DNA of 64,000 nucleotides from Takakia lepidozioides (lineage: Eukaryota > Plantae > Bryophyta): contig CM060733.1 in assembly GCA_030704615.1 (NCBI GenBank), positions 27,280,001 through 27,344,000 on the forward strand, read 5' to 3'. Positions 1 through 14,256 of this stretch are shown here, piece by piece. Under the pieces are notes generated by a model. That model did not search any database. It worked only from the letters and a program-made list of their open reading frames with translations, and had not been told where the DNA came from. Position numbers and translations under genes: made by a program. The first letter of the stretch is position 1. Each line of letters begins with the position of its first letter.

Positions 1-99
1 TCAGCCCATTCTCCTTCTAGCTCTTCAGTAGGGCTAGCTTCTACTCAGAATGGTTTGGCCAGGCTCCGCCTCTTCCTGCGTGATCACAAGGACGATCCC

Positions 100-3000
100 A
101 TGGATTCATCTCAACCAACTTCAGGCGCACCCGAGAATAGCTACCCCTCTTCTGGAAACGAGAAGCTATACGAGGCCTACAATGACCTTCACAGCCTAGC
201 ACAAGATTTCCACAAACCCTTTGATGCACCTGCAATTCTGGTAGTCGGACATCAAACTGATGGAAAGAGTGCTCTTGTGGAAGCTCTCATGGGCTTCCAG
301 TTCAACCACGTGGGTGGGGGCACCAAGACGAGAAGGCCCATCACTTTGCACATGAAGTATAATGCTTCCTGTACCGAGCCCCGCTGCTTCCTGGTCACAG
401 AAGATCGGCCACCCAGGGAGGAGGAGAAGAGTCTTGAAGAGCTCCAGGTAAATTTTACTTCCCAACCAGGAGAATTGCAATATAATGTCCGCCAAAACGG
501 AGAGATTGAGATGAAGAACATACTGTTCATGGAGAGCCAGTGGTGCCAGCAAAGATTCTACTCTTCAGCCTCTGATGGAAGTGGTTCGGTGAAAGCCATT
601 CACATGTTCAGTGCACCATGGTGACAGTTACCACCTAGGAACCCCTTACAGTCTCTGTGAAAAAAACCTGACTTGGAGAACACTCACACAAGTACTCAGA
701 AGGTAGGCATCTCATAATTCCCTTAGTTGCACCATGGGTTGCATTACCGGCAGTTTCCCTGTGAATGAAGGGAGCTTACATACTTTCCTTTTGATCAATG
801 GAACTCAATACATGGCTGCAGCATGTAGATCCTCAGAGGGGAAGTGGGCGACAGATGCTTTGACTACAAAGCTGCCACGATAGTGTGGCAAAGTTGTTTT
901 AACAGAGGGCAATCCTTGGTGTTGACTATGTTAAGTTTCCACTACAAAGAAAGATCTTGACGGCCCATGAAGAAATCTCCACAAGCTGTACTGACTAGGA
1001 GAGCTGAAATAAAGATACTTTCCCACATATCTAATTTGTTGTCATTGGTCTACTGCTTGTTGTCATTGGGTAGAAAGAGAGAAAGAAAGAAGGAAGAAGG
1101 TCGGGAGAGCAATTATTGATGGAGGCTCTATCAAGCCAGTAGAAGCCAGCGGATGCAAATTCACCTTTCTTCCGTCACGTATGGACAACCATTAGGCAGA
1201 CATGTGTGTAATTTACACAAAACTTGATTTTTTTCAGACAGATCACCAATGGCATTTCTGGATTACATACTAATATCCCAATATCATACACAAGTGTTTA
1301 AGCCTCTTGATGATTTCTATTGGGTTAGTACTCTATGTGATGGTGCAGTTGAACATTCTCTGCACATGATGTCCAAGCACATATGCTTTGTTCCTGTGCT
1401 ATGTGCAAGACAGCCTGCAGTATGGGTTTCAATTAGAGTGTTATACTTTTCTGTTTTCCTTTCACGACCAGCTTATGAACCACTAATTGGAGACCTTGGA
1501 CTGCATTAATGTGTGTTCCCAATGTCTCAATGCAGGGATATATTGAGGCAGAGAACATGCGGCTTGAGCGGGAAGCGTGCCAGTTCTGGGCAAAGGAGAT
1601 AATATTGAAGATAGAGTATAAGTCTTGCCCCAATCTTACAATTATTGACACTCCAGGTCTCATTGCTGCTGCCCCTGGCCGCAAAAATCTCTCTCTTCAG
1701 GTCTGTTAAACCATCCGGAGATTCACTGTGCTACTTTCTAATGGGTACTTAGGTACTTGGATCCAACATGCTCGCTAAATTGCTTAAGAAAGTGGGACAA
1801 GTGATCGCTTTAGATCTTGCTAAAATACAAGCTGGTAGATTAGTTTGAACTTCTGTTGGTGTTTGTCCCACTTCTAAGCTCTCTTTCTTGATGAAATATC
1901 TTTCTAAGTACACTGCTTGATTGCCAAGCTGTCATCTCCCTCTTTCTTCTTTTTCAGTGTCATATTGTTGGTAACAGGCACAAGGACGAGCGGTGGAGGC
2001 ATTGGTACGCACCAAAATGCAGCACAAGGAGTTTATTATCCTCTGTCTGGAAGACTGCAGTGACTGGAGCAACGCTACCACCCGTCGTGTTGTCATGCAG
2101 GTATGCCAGTCTGTGTGTCTACTTTTCTCATTTTCTTTCTTCTTACTGTCTTCTTGGGGTTTCTTAACCCGTGTTTATTTTTCCCCATGCACAAATTCGA
2201 GTAATTGTCCAAATTTTCGGGCTTGTAGCGGACATAATGAACGGGTCCTCTCTCTATTGTCTTTCTTCCTTTCTCTTGGTCTCTGTGTAGGGTCTTATGC
2301 ATGAGGCACTTTATTGTTTGGGTTTTGTTCTCCACTCTGTTGCCCTACTGTCCTCAAGGGGGCTGCAGGGCCTCTTGTGGATGTTAAACGGGGGCACTTA
2401 TTCTGTCTAATGCAAGCGAAGTCTAGTGCAAAATGGTCTTATTGAAAATGAGGTCCTCACTGTTGTTTCGTATAAGAACTTCAGGCTGTCTTGCAGCAAA
2501 ATTGACCTTTCAGTGGTCAGCATCTGACAAGATCTGGACATGTTTCTGGCAGCAGATTGACTCTGATCTGTCACGGACAGTGGTTGTATCAACGAAATTG
2601 GACACACGTATTCCTCAGTTTGCAAGCCGTGCTGATGTGGAGCTCTTTTTGAGGCCCCCCACCCGCTTGCTGGATGGCAACATTCTGGGTGATACTCCTT
2701 TCTTCACCTCTGTGCCCTCGGGACGAGTGGGTAGCAGCCGGGATTCAGTCTATCGATCAAATGAACACTTCAGAGAGGTCAGTCCTTAAGGGATCCCTTT
2801 CTCCCCTGTTTGTGATGTAATATACCTCTTTGCTAGTGTGAGTGTTAATGCCTGGAGTTGTCTGTTGGTTCAAAGTTATCTGCATATTATGAAGGTCCAA
2901 GTAGACGGGGAATTTTACTAATTTGCAAGTGTTGCACTGCATCTTTGGTATGATATTTGGCAGGTGGTAGCATTACGGGAAGCACAGGATGTAGCCTCCT

Positions 3001-6000
3001 TGGAGGAGAAGCTGGATCGCTCATTGTCTAAAGAAGAACGTGCTCGTGTGGGAGTCAGCCGTTTACGATGGTTCCTTGAACAGCTGCTGCAGCGCCGGTA
3101 GGTATCACTATCCAAGAATCATTTTGGTCATTGTCACTAGCACAAAATATCTGCAAATTGTAGGTGGGGGAGTCCTTCAGACTGGAGCTGTGATTAAGCC
3201 AGTCGCTTTCAATGCAATACAAGGGACCGAGCTTGCAAACTGTTGGGGTCTCGGGAGTACATCCTCATGGCAGGATGTGTCCACCTAATATCAGCCAAAA
3301 CTGGCCTTGTTGCATGTGTAGAGCACTATCGATCCCAGCCAGCAGCTTCTTGACCTATTTGCTGGTCTGAGTGTTGATAGTAGTGATTAAGTTGGGTAAT
3401 GGCTGTGAATGAAGGTACATGGACAGTGTGCCAGCTATTGTACCCCTGTTGGAAAAGGAGTATCGCCATGCCACCATCAAGCTCCACCAGACTATTCAGG
3501 AGCTCGGGTTTGCCTTTTCCTCCCTCTCTTTGGGCCTCCTATGAACATTCTGAAGTTGTTTTCTCCCTTTCTTGCTTTCTCTTTCAGGTTTAGGTTAACA
3601 TTTGGGAAGATGAGTGGACCTCAGTATCTATCCACACATAAAATTTCCTTTAGTCTTGACACTACTGCTTTCTCACATATTCTGGTCCGCAGGAAGGGCA
3701 ATGTCTTTTTACATGATTATAGGTGTCACTTCCTAGAATTGCCAGAAATTGAGCTTATCACACCTGACTACTGACATTGAAATGGATTGCAGCAATTTGG
3801 ATGGAAAAAAGTTGAAAGAGAGAGGGCGAGTGTTTCGGGATTCCTTCCTAGCTAAGGTTTGTTATTAAATGTAACCTCACACAAGGCTAGCACTTGAGAG
3901 TACAATTAGATGATTCATCAAATTTCAGTTTTTTCGAAAAAATATTTTTCTTGGCTCTAGCTGATACAGCTATGTGAACAATCATGTTCTGTTTCCAGAA
4001 TTGCAAGTTGTCTCTAGATCAAAAATGTCATCTGTGCACTGGTTGCCACTTCATTTTCACATGGGACTTGGCAGGCACAGGGTTCATAGTTTTGTTGATG
4101 GTGTAAATGACCCTTGTCGTTTTTCTTTACAGCTATCGCTATTGCTCAGGGGGACAGTTGTAGCTCCAATTGACAAGTTCGGTGAGAAACTTTGTTACTT
4201 GTTGGATTGCCTTGAAGAGAGAGATTTTCTTATGTACCAAGCATGTCCAAATGTCTGTCAATGGACTTAAATCTTGTAGGTCTGGAATAAAGCTTGCATA
4301 GTACTGCTATTGACTGACAAATAATACTTGGACATGTTATAGAGTTGCATGGATCCACCCGGCATGGCATAAACAGTTTCTATGGTTAGAATTATCATCT
4401 CAATTGAGACCTGATGTAACATGCTGGAGGGCCTGCGAAGTCATAGGCTGTTCCAGTGCTCTAAGTTGTGTATCTAGTGATTCCAGCTTCGATTAGATTG
4501 TGGTGAAATCTCAGAGAGTTACTTGACTTTCTGTCTGTAGGATTAGGTTAATGGACATTGCAGTCATTGTTGAGACTTAAAGTCCATAATCTGGCATTTG
4601 GCATGGTTTAAGAGTGGTTAGTACAACCAGTCATGACAGGTGAGTTTGTAAATGGCTATCCTGCTTCGAGAATGTACTTTGAAATCAACCATGAAAGATC
4701 TTTTGAACCTGGGAATTATTTTGCAGGAGAATCACTTCAGGACGAGCGGGTCCACGGGGGAGCATTCGTTAGTACTGATGGTTTACAAATGCCTTACAAG
4801 CATATGCCAGTAGGCCTCTCAACCTTGTTTTTACCAATTGCAGAAAGTTTGCAATCTAATTTTAGAAGTAATTGTGCAGCTTTTGAGGTGCACAATTTGA
4901 ATCTGTATATCAATCCCATTGCAGATTTTGAAAACAAAATTCTCCACAAGCTACAACCAGTCTGGGCCTTAATCTCTCAAAAAGAGAACCACTCCAATCA
5001 CAGATGAGAGGAATTGGGGTATACAAAAGTGATGGGTGTCCTCCTTTGTTGACAGAATGCAGGAATGCGTCTGTATGGTGGGGCCCAATATCACAGAGCC
5101 ATGGCTGAGTTCCGGTTTGTGGTGGGAGGGGTCAAGTGCCCATCCATAAGCCGTGAAGAGATAGTGAATGCATGTGGTGTGGAAGACATCCATGATGGTA
5201 CCAACTACTTCAGGTACTTTCATCCTTGTAAGCTGAACTTGGGTTGTTCTAGTCATGGAAAATAAGAAAGAAAGAGGGGCTAATTAGAGAGATAAGAAAA
5301 GAAAGAAATACGTTAAGCGGACACAAAGGGCCTGTGGGCCATAGTAGGATTGCAGGCAATCTTACTTGAAGAATGAATGGAAGAAAGTAACTAACAGGCG
5401 TCCATATGAAGCCCAAAGAGCTACAGACACACCAAAGAGTAGACAACCAGGTCTAGATTGCCTCATATATTATCTAGTGTTTGAGTGCTCTTAAGAGATT
5501 GTTGGATTTGATGCAGAACGGCATGTGTGATAGCAGTTGCAAGAGCACGGGATGTGTTCGAGCCATTTTTGCATCAAGTAAGTCTTCTGACTCCAATCTG
5601 TTGCATGGTTGTTCACATTACTGGAACTTGACTTTGTCGATCAAATTTCTGTAAAGACTACAGCCTCTCAAGGAGGTGTTTGCTCTGTCCTCCAGACATG
5701 TGGCAAGATGCTCTACTGGTTGAGAGTCAAAAGCTGGGTGCTAAATACCTAGTGTGACGTATGGGAGTGTGGCATAGTTCGGGTGGAGGAGTTTGACTCC
5801 TGTCAGAAATTGTCCGTGTATATACATTCGTCATGGACATTCACACGTAGCATGGCTGTGTATGTTGTGTCTGGTTAAAATTTTTCCCTGCCAAGGTGTG
5901 GTGTCTTATTTAACCCCAGTTTGTTCCTCTACTCATACATGAGACAGATTTCTCATCAAGTCGTCATTCATGGTGCATGGCTGCAGCTGGGGTTCAGACT

Positions 6001-8562
6001 GTCGCACATCTTACGGAGGCTACTTTCCATTGGACTCTATATGTTGCAGGTGTGTGCTAGAGAGGCATGCATGACTTGTACAGTATATCAAGATTCATCA
6101 CACAGGTGAGAGAGGAGGAATTGTGAGTGGACAAAGAGATTGGGAAGAGGGAAACAGAAAGAAGAGTTGGATTTTTGGAGACCAGTATGTTCAGCTCCTG
6201 GAATGATCTGTCATATCTGTATTTTGCAGAAGGATGGAGAGTACCTGAGTGGGCATGATATGTTTGTAAAGCGTGTATCAACTGCTTTCCACATGTTTGT
6301 GGAGTCCACAGAGCGAGCCTGTCGGGAAAAGTAAGACGCACCCTTTTTTCTGCATTAGCAGAGCAGTATTCTGTAAATCCCCTTTCAAACATCACCTTAG
6401 TTGGGAAAGAACAAGCAATGGAAGGCTCTGTGGCTAAAATCCATCAAGAGACAGAATTTTCTGGTTGGCAGCCCATAATTGTAGATGCTTGGGCTATAGC
6501 TTTTCACATGGTTTCAGATTCCCCCTCAGCAATCTTTTTTATCTGATTAGACTCGGGACGGGACCAGGTGTATGGATGACCTACTAAGCACAACGCGGTA
6601 TGTCACATGGTCATTGCATAACAAGGTAACAATCATTCATGGGCTTGAGTATGGTCTGCATCAGAAGGATTATTTTTTTCCCTCCCCTAATGCTTAGCTG
6701 TTTGGGTGTCTGATCTGCTGTAACCATTCTACCTGTGTTCGTCTCATAAATTTCACTGACAAACCTTGCAAACAGCACCTCTCTCTGAGATTTTGGTGCT
6801 TCTATTTCTTATTTTCAAATTCTGCAGACCTTTTCCCACACTATCCCTCAAGAATCTCTACCTGAAGGAAGGTATCTGGGAGAATTTTCTTTGTAAACCA
6901 GAAACCAAAGTTCTATATTGGCTTGAAGTGCTTCCCACTATAAGCGCTAACCATAACCATAGTGAATGACTTGACTGAGGAAGCTGGTTATGTATCCACA
7001 CAGAGCCTGAGCATTTAAACAGTGAAACTGACTAAAAATATAAGGGACGTCTATTTTTGGGGATGCATGGGGTAAATCCTGCCTACGGTAATTTCCCCAC
7101 ATTTTTCTACACTGGAAGGGACTTGCGCAGGGGCCATCACCAGGTCATAATTTGCTTCCATCTACAAACTTAAGCATTGATAAATTCATGTGTAAATATG
7201 GCTACAAAACCCCAGCAATGGTTATTGTGGAAAGCTACAGCAGATGGGTCCAAACTCTGTTTCCTATGTTTTCTGTCTCCTATCTGTCTTACCCCTTCTC
7301 TTCTCATTTGGGGTCTCCCTTGCAGAATCGGTCTGGCCTGAGGCAGTTTCTGGACACACTGGGCACCAATGAGCTGTCCACAAGCCTTGTAGCAGGAGCG
7401 ATTACAGAGGGGACTGTGCCATCAGTAGGAAACAGCAATAAGCAAGAGAGCAAGGCCCGTCCTGAAAACAAAATTGCTGGCCCCAACCAAGAAGGTGGAC
7501 AAACAGCTCAGGCACGGCTGGTTGACCTGCTGGAGAGTACTCTCTGGAATCGAAGGCTGGCCCCAACCTCAGAAGAGATCGTGAATGCCCTGGTTTGTCA
7601 AATCTTTGAAGGCATTCGTGATCACTGCGTTGCAGCTGCCGAAATGAAAGTATGCCCTTCCCCTAATGCTAAGAAATTCGATGTTATACATGGTTGGAAG
7701 TTCTGAACAGGGATACCCATGTAGGATTGGTCAATCCGGCTTAAATGTGGGGGACTTCAAGCTAAAACTGTGTGGGGCTGGGCATGGGATGTGCAGTTCA
7801 ACTGCTTCTTTTTGATGCCAGTAGTGGATAAATTCCCAACAATGTTGCGTGAAGAATTGGAGGCAGCCTTCGAGGAAGACATTGATAATGTTTTTGATGT
7901 GGCCCAAGTCCGTCGTGCATTGGAGCAACAAAAGACTGAGCTTCAGCTGGAGCTACGGCGGGTATGTACCTGTGTTGTATTCCCTCTGACCAACCATTTC
8001 TGTATCGTATTGTATTAATATCAGGTATTTAGTCTCTTTCTTTGATGCTCTTGTATGATAAAAGCATTTGCCTTATCTTTAGTCTCATGTCAACGTCTAC
8101 CGGTTTTTCCTGTCGATGCATCCTGTTGTTCGTTGGACTGCTTTGATGTTTGGCATGGTATGTAACCTCTGCACTAAACTCACCAGTTTCAAAGTCTCTC
8201 TCTGTAAATACTTCTACTATATCTCTAAATTTCGGCCCCTATCCCTCAATTGTTGCTGGAAAGTGGATCCCAATAAACTGAACATATTTGGCACCACAGA
8301 ATACATTGAATGATGGGGCTGCTGATTGCTTCAAGAGTATGAAGGCCTCTCCATCAGGAATTTTTTTTCCTTCTCTCTTTGTCTCAGCTATCTGAAAACC
8401 CTGTACATACTCTGCTCATCATATGTTTAAATTGGTGCACAGGTGGAAAGGCTTCAAGAAAAGTTTGCTAGTATTCACCATCAGCTCAGTAATTCACAAC
8501 CAGTCTCACTCCCTCAGAAGGAGGTAGCAGAAGAGATTTCCATGTTCAATAATGGTGAATGA
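100..8562 (+). CDS. ARC5: Dynamin-related protein 5B / ARC5 (chloroplast and peroxisome division), about 17 coding exons
   Basis: GTPase motifs GHQTDGKS, FQFNHVGGGTKTRRP, IIDTPG and STKLD match ARC5/DRP5B rather than DRP5A. GT-AG exons at about 100-447, 1536-1700, 1978-2100, 2556-2777, 2964-3097, 3415-3507, 3793-3856, 4133-4181, 4727-4809, 5056-5213, 5517-5577, 5987-6048, 6230-6330, 6568-6625, 7326-7649, 7797-7961 and 8443-8562 (TGA). The start codon could lie upstream. Confidence 0.93.
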
Positions 8563-9203
8563 TCGTAGCCATCGAGCTCCCATTCTTCCACCTCCCTGTC
8601 CTCTACACCCTATTTTTTGAGGCAGGGAATAATAAATCATATAGGCCTGTAGCAAAACAGATCAATGTTGGCACCTGATGACTTGGAAAGCATTACAATA
8701 AGGAGCTTAGCATGGGGTCTTTTTGGTATCTAACCAATGCCTTAACAGGGTAGGTACATACAGTGATTCTTTTGCAATCTGTGAGGGAAAGTATTTATTT
8801 GTGGTTAAACAAATGGGTCTTATCTGTACATCAATAGCAGAATTTGAGAGTAGTCTTTCTCTTCCTCCTGCACATATGTTTTGTCTTATTGTTTAATGAA
8901 GTTCACTTTGAAACTTGTGTTGCTTTCACAATGAAGTGTAAGAAATGTGCACATCACACTTGTGGGAACTGTGATGATTGACGCCTGACAATGAACGAGT
9001 GGTTTCGGTCCCCCAAGCAGCAAGCATTCCCAGGACCCTTCACTCAATCAAAGAACATACAAGAAAAACCGCACACATATCTCTCTGCAAACCTTTTCCT
9101 ACCGTCCATCCCTGCATGCTCCGTTACCGTATGTAGAGTTAGTTGAGGTTAGTCATCCGCTTTTTTGAGTTGGAAGTGCTACGATTCAAGTACTTTGGAA
9201 GTA

Positions 9204-9734
9204 TCATGCAACAAAACTTGTAACCTGGCAGAACAGTATGCCCCCCACAATTGCGTTCATTTCTTCATAAAACCCATCGTGGCTCACAATCAAGAGTGTC
9301 TCCTCAATGCCCTTTACTTCTACCACCAGCCGCAAATACTCAGGCCGGTCGTGGACATAGAGCACCACTTTGACCTGGTACTCCTCGTCCAGCGCCGGAT
9401 ACAAGTCCTGGTTGCGGGGCGGTTCTGCATTCCGCTCCGTCAATTTCTTAGACAACTCATTCTGCTGGGGTAGCAAAATACCCCTTTTTCTGAGCAACTC
9501 CAAATCGACCCTTGTGCCCTCTCTGACAGGCAAACTATCATTTCTAGAAGCAGCATAGTCACGGCTGCCCGGTTGGTCTCGTTGAAACAGTACGCTACGA
9601 TCCCACCACACATAAAATGACTCCGATTCCAGCAACGGTCCCACCAGGAATATGAACACCACTAATTGCAGCCCTACCAGAAGAAGCAACTGGTGCCCAC
9701 GGCAACTGTTCAGTCCACTTCTTTGGTGCCGCAT
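9204..9734 (-). pseudogene. Truncated N-acetylglucosaminyltransferase II (GnT-II/MGAT2) copy
   Basis: N-terminal TM anchor followed by VVLYVHDRPEYLR..VKGIEETLLIVSHDGFYEEMN..ILFCQV, the GnT-II N-terminal signature. There is a small deletion before VKGI, similarity stops after FCQV, and no downstream catalytic region is visible. Confidence 0.7.
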
Positions 9735-10802
9735 AATTTCGAGTCACCCTTCATCACTTCAACTCCAACTGTGGCCGATACACATTACAGAACTCGGTTA
9801 TAGTCAACTGCCTGAAGAAACATCTTCCTTCAAGGGACCTTTGGTCTTCCGTGGTAAATTTGTGTCTTTCTTCTTTCTCTCTCTCCCCCATAAAACACCC
9901 AAATTTGCATATGATTGATAGCTAAGCCGTTCAGGAACTTCTTGTCAATGCATTGACTGCTACATATTGAGAGGAATCTGCCATATCTATTCTATGTAGT
10001 AGGTCTGTGTGCGGCACGCTAAAGAAGAAAGTAAAGTACCCCAATTTCTTGCAAGAACGAAAAACAAAACCGAAGAAACTGAGAGCTTCGTCAACAGATT
10101 GGAGCGACATTAATGGCAGACTCATTTCCCTCTAAAAACTGTCACTGAGATCTTCGTCAACAGATTGGCACATGATTCACTGATCATACTCCACCGCAAA
10201 ACCGAGCAGAGCTCTGCCGAGGAAGAAGAAGGGCTGCAAAACATGGATGATTTCACCCCACAAGCGACGTATTTCATCCACCGAGGCCGTCAAGACAGGG
10301 CTAGAGTCGCCTCATCTCGGTTCGTGAGTAAAGCTCCGCAAGATTCATCAGTAGTCCTTACGTCCTTACCTTCGTCCGTCTTTGGATGGGACGAACGCGA
10401 GCCGTCGGATGATCCAGGGTGGCGATCCCGAGGACCGAGATGGCACCAATGGGGGCCCTCGTAGAAGTGCTATTTAACAGCTGGGAAGTACACGCGGCCG
10501 AATTTCATTGGGGTATCGTGACAGGTGGCATATTTCGTTTGGGTAAAGGGGAAAAACCCTAAATGGAAGGGTGGTGAGCACTTCGTCAGTTTTCCCCCTC
10601 TTGCTCTCCCTGCAACTCTTGCGCTGCCGTCCTCGGAGGTCGAGGCGATTGCTGTTTATCTGCTAGAGGTGCGAGGTGATCGCTGTGAGGCGGGGCTTTA
10701 TATGTGTGCAGCGGAGGCTTGAGAGGTGAGGGAGAGGTGATCTGGTGCGGGAGAGGGGCTGTGTGCTTGGAGTATAGTTGTAGAGAAGTTTGGTTTGGCA
10801 TC

Positions 10803-12350
10803 ATGAGTTCCACTGGTGGAGCAGCCGGCGGAGGAGGCCGAGGGAAGACCAAGGCTTCCAAGTCCGTGTCGCGGTCGACGAAGGCTGGCCTCCAGTTCCC
10901 TGTTGGAAGGATTGCGCGGTTTTTGAAGGCTGGAAAGTATGCAGAGCGTGTTGGAGCTGGTGCTCCGGTCTATCTTGCTGCCGTTTTGGAGTACCTCGCA
11001 GCTGAGGTGAGATGGGTTCTCTGCCTTGTGATTTGGGCTATCTTATCCGATCTCTTGGTTTGTCCTTGGTCTTTCTTCTGTTGCTTCCAAGTTTACCTCC
11101 ACAGCATGCTCACCTAATCTGTTTGTGATGCTGTTGTATGTCTGGTTGGTGTGTCTCACCTTATCACCGGGGGTTTTGAGTCTTTGCTATAGATCTTTTT
11201 CGTTTTTATTCCACTGATAACTTCCACCGTTTCTTGATGTTACGGATGAGATCGGGTTTTATGTCATCTAATGTTGTCCGGATGATTGTCTTGCCTGGGG
11301 TTCGTGTTGCTTTTGTTCCTGTTGCGCATGTTGGGTATGATTTTTATTGTGGATCATTTAGGGTATCTCTTCTACCTCACTCTAGTCTTCTGAAAGCGAC
11401 CTGTACACTTCGCTGGCCTTTTGAAGTTGCACTCCAAGGTAATCAGAGGATTTTTTATTTGAATCAAGTCCAGATCGTACTGAAAAGTGTTGTGGGGACT
11501 GGTATGAGTCCGATCGTAGATGGTCGATGGCTACCAGTTCTAGCGGATGCCATGGTTGGTATTGATGAAGTACCAAAAGTTGGGGGAGGTGGAGTTGTAT
11601 TCACCTAAATATCTAGACTAACGTACCTCAATCTGACGATGTCTGTTATTGTGACCGCAGCTGGAAGAAAGTGTACTTTCTGTATGTAATGTGGCTTGAC
11701 GACTTCATGCTTATAAGGAACTGTGCTCAATTTCGACTATGTCGTTTCATTATGTGGATGTGTGGAATAGTAGTCCCGGTTTTGGTGAATCCAGGCCGGC
11801 TTTCCTTCAATGACAATCTCAGAAAGAAATTTTCATCGAAGTTATTGAAGTGGAGTGGGTTTAAGTATGCTGCATTGTTGGAATATTGAGAGTTTGGCTT
11901 GACCAACTTATACAGAAGCTGTATGCGAGATAGTGCATGACCCTATGCCATTGGATCAATGCTTGTTGTCTGTCTTCTCTTCTTGTGCTATCTGGAACTG
12001 GATTGTGTGGTTATGCCTTTCTCTTGCCATAAGTTCCGGATGTTTGATGTTTGTTTCTAGGACCTTCACTTTTGTGTCTTTGATGGTGGCATTGTCTTGA
12101 ACTAACTAAAATATTTCTGCAGGTGCTGGAGCTTGCCGGAAATGCAGCTAGGGACAACAAAAAAAATCGAATTGTGCCACGCCACATCCAGCTGGCAGTG
12201 CGCAATGATGAGGAGTTGAGCAAGCTGTTGGGCACTGTTACCATTGCTAATGGTGGTGTGCTGCCAAATATTCACACTGTGCTGTTGCCTAAGAAGTCAG
12301 GCAAAGGTGGAAAGGGGGATATGGGCGGCAGCATTTCCCAGGAGTTCTAA
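10803..12350 (+). CDS. H2AX: Histone H2A.X (exons 10803-11006 and 12123-12350)
   Basis: H2A core ([25 protein letters not shown]|[28 protein letters not shown]) with the C-terminal SQEF motif diagnostic of plant H2A.X; one GT-AG intron. Confidence 0.96.
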
Positions 12351-13550
12351 GCTCCAAGATGAAAGAGCTCTGTATATATGCATGCTCCCTCTGAACTCAA
12401 TTGATCGATTTTAGTGATGCAGTCCAGTACAGATTTTTTGTTCTGTTTTGTCACATGGTCCATGAGGATGTGATCTTCTAGTGGTTTTTCATTTTACGGA
12501 TATTTGTCTCTTAAGTGAGCAACTATGTCAACTTTGTTTCTTCACCTGTTTGTTTATGATCACATTGGGATTGTTGTGAGCTTGCAAACAGCTGTTTAGA
12601 TTAGGGTTTACATGTGGTAGTTCGGTCTTGTAGATGTGATGTTTAGACAGTAAAGGTCTGTATTTTTGAAGGAGATGATTGTTGAGTCAACTGCAAATAT
12701 CAAGTTATGATGCAAAGGTAAACAAGGGATGATGGAAGTGACTGACTCCCCTTCGGATTGGGTTCTGACATGAATTCATGGATATGGTTCTGTCTGGAAT
12801 GATAGTTTATGTTTCTCCATAGCATTTGTTTTCCTGTGGCTGAATTCAATTTCTGGAATAGCTAGCTAGATGCATTGTTTGTGCATGTCAAGACTCCATT
12901 GTGCTGTTATGAAAGGGGCCCGGGGAGGGTCAGTCAGCAGACAAAGGGGCTTGCTTGGAACTAAAATCCTTAGTCAGAAGAGTCGGTTGTCATGCTATTG
13001 TATTATTTGAGTCTTCGTGAATCATTTCTGTCTCATCTGGATTTCAAATGAATTCTATTGTTGCTCAGGTGTGAAGTGTGAACCACCTAAGACCTGGAGA
13101 TGTGGTGTCCTTGTAATCATTGTAAGCTATGTACTAAGTTACCTTGCATTTAGGTAGTGATTTGAAAGTGAAATTTCATGTCAACATCAAAAGTCTGGTG
13201 GTTGGTGTGACTTCATCATGCTGAATTGTCTTCACTCAATGAAGCAATAGCATTCAATTGTGAGTAATGTCTTGTGGGCAGGGCCTTCTTTTCATACTCT
13301 TGCAAGATAATTGACCCTGCCTTTAGCAGTCACTAAAAATGCATGGAATGGCCTTACATTTTGAGTGGGCATATGTTCCTCCAGTGTTCCTTTTGTGGAT
13401 GAACATAGATACTTACGAATTTATTGACTGATTTCCCTTAGCCTTCTGGAAGACACTGGAATGATACATTCTAAGAGCTTCATTATACTTAACAAAAATG
13501 AAAGTGTCATGATTGCATCCATGTTGAACAATTCACTGGTGTATCATGTA

Positions 13551-14256
13551 GGGTAGAAGCACCGTTCGTGGGCATGTGCCCCCATAGTGGCGCTCAAAAG
13601 TGCGCCCATGGGCAAGAATGTATGCCCAGTTTTGGAACGTGTCAGGGTGGGGTGCGCCATGATAGGCCAGCAAGCTTACCCAAAAAGGAATGAACTACAG
13701 GACACCATTCATGAAATCACTTTACACTCAAATTATCCTAGGTAGATGAACTTTACTGAAAATTGTTCCAACTACAAAATGCTGAGGCTCATCAAGAGCT
13801 TTCCAATGGTATCTTTATTTCCTAAAATGGTTAAAATCCAAGGTACCAAACAAGCAATATATCTTGTGCGCCATGATGGGCCCACTTGTTTTACCCTTCA
13901 ATTGCTATGGGTAGATGTCCTCTAATTTCTCCAACTACAAAAAGATGGGCCACATTAAGCGCTTTCCAATAGTATTTTTGGTTTTGTATTTGGTTACCAT
14001 CTCAGGTAGAAAGACATTAATGTGATCTGAATGAGTCATGATAGGAACAAGGTGCGCCAGAGGCTGACATTGACATCCTCTACCTCTATCCACTTTTAAT
14101 AGCAGATAGAGTCAGAATCTCGTTTAACTTTCAACTAAGAAAAGTTGTGTTATCTTAAGAGCTTTCTGTTAAGGTATTACATGATCTCATAGGTTAAAAG
14201 CACAAAAAGTTATTACATTTACCCAGTTTCCTGCGCCATGAAGAGTGCTTCTACCC
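13551..14256. mobile_element. MITE with TA target duplication (Tc1/mariner/pogo-type)
   Basis: Perfect 12-bp TIR GGGTAGAAGCAC (13551-13562) and GTGCTTCTACCC (14245-14256), with TA on both flanks. Non-coding, with internal GCGCCATGA and GCTTTCCAAT repeats. Confidence 0.75.
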
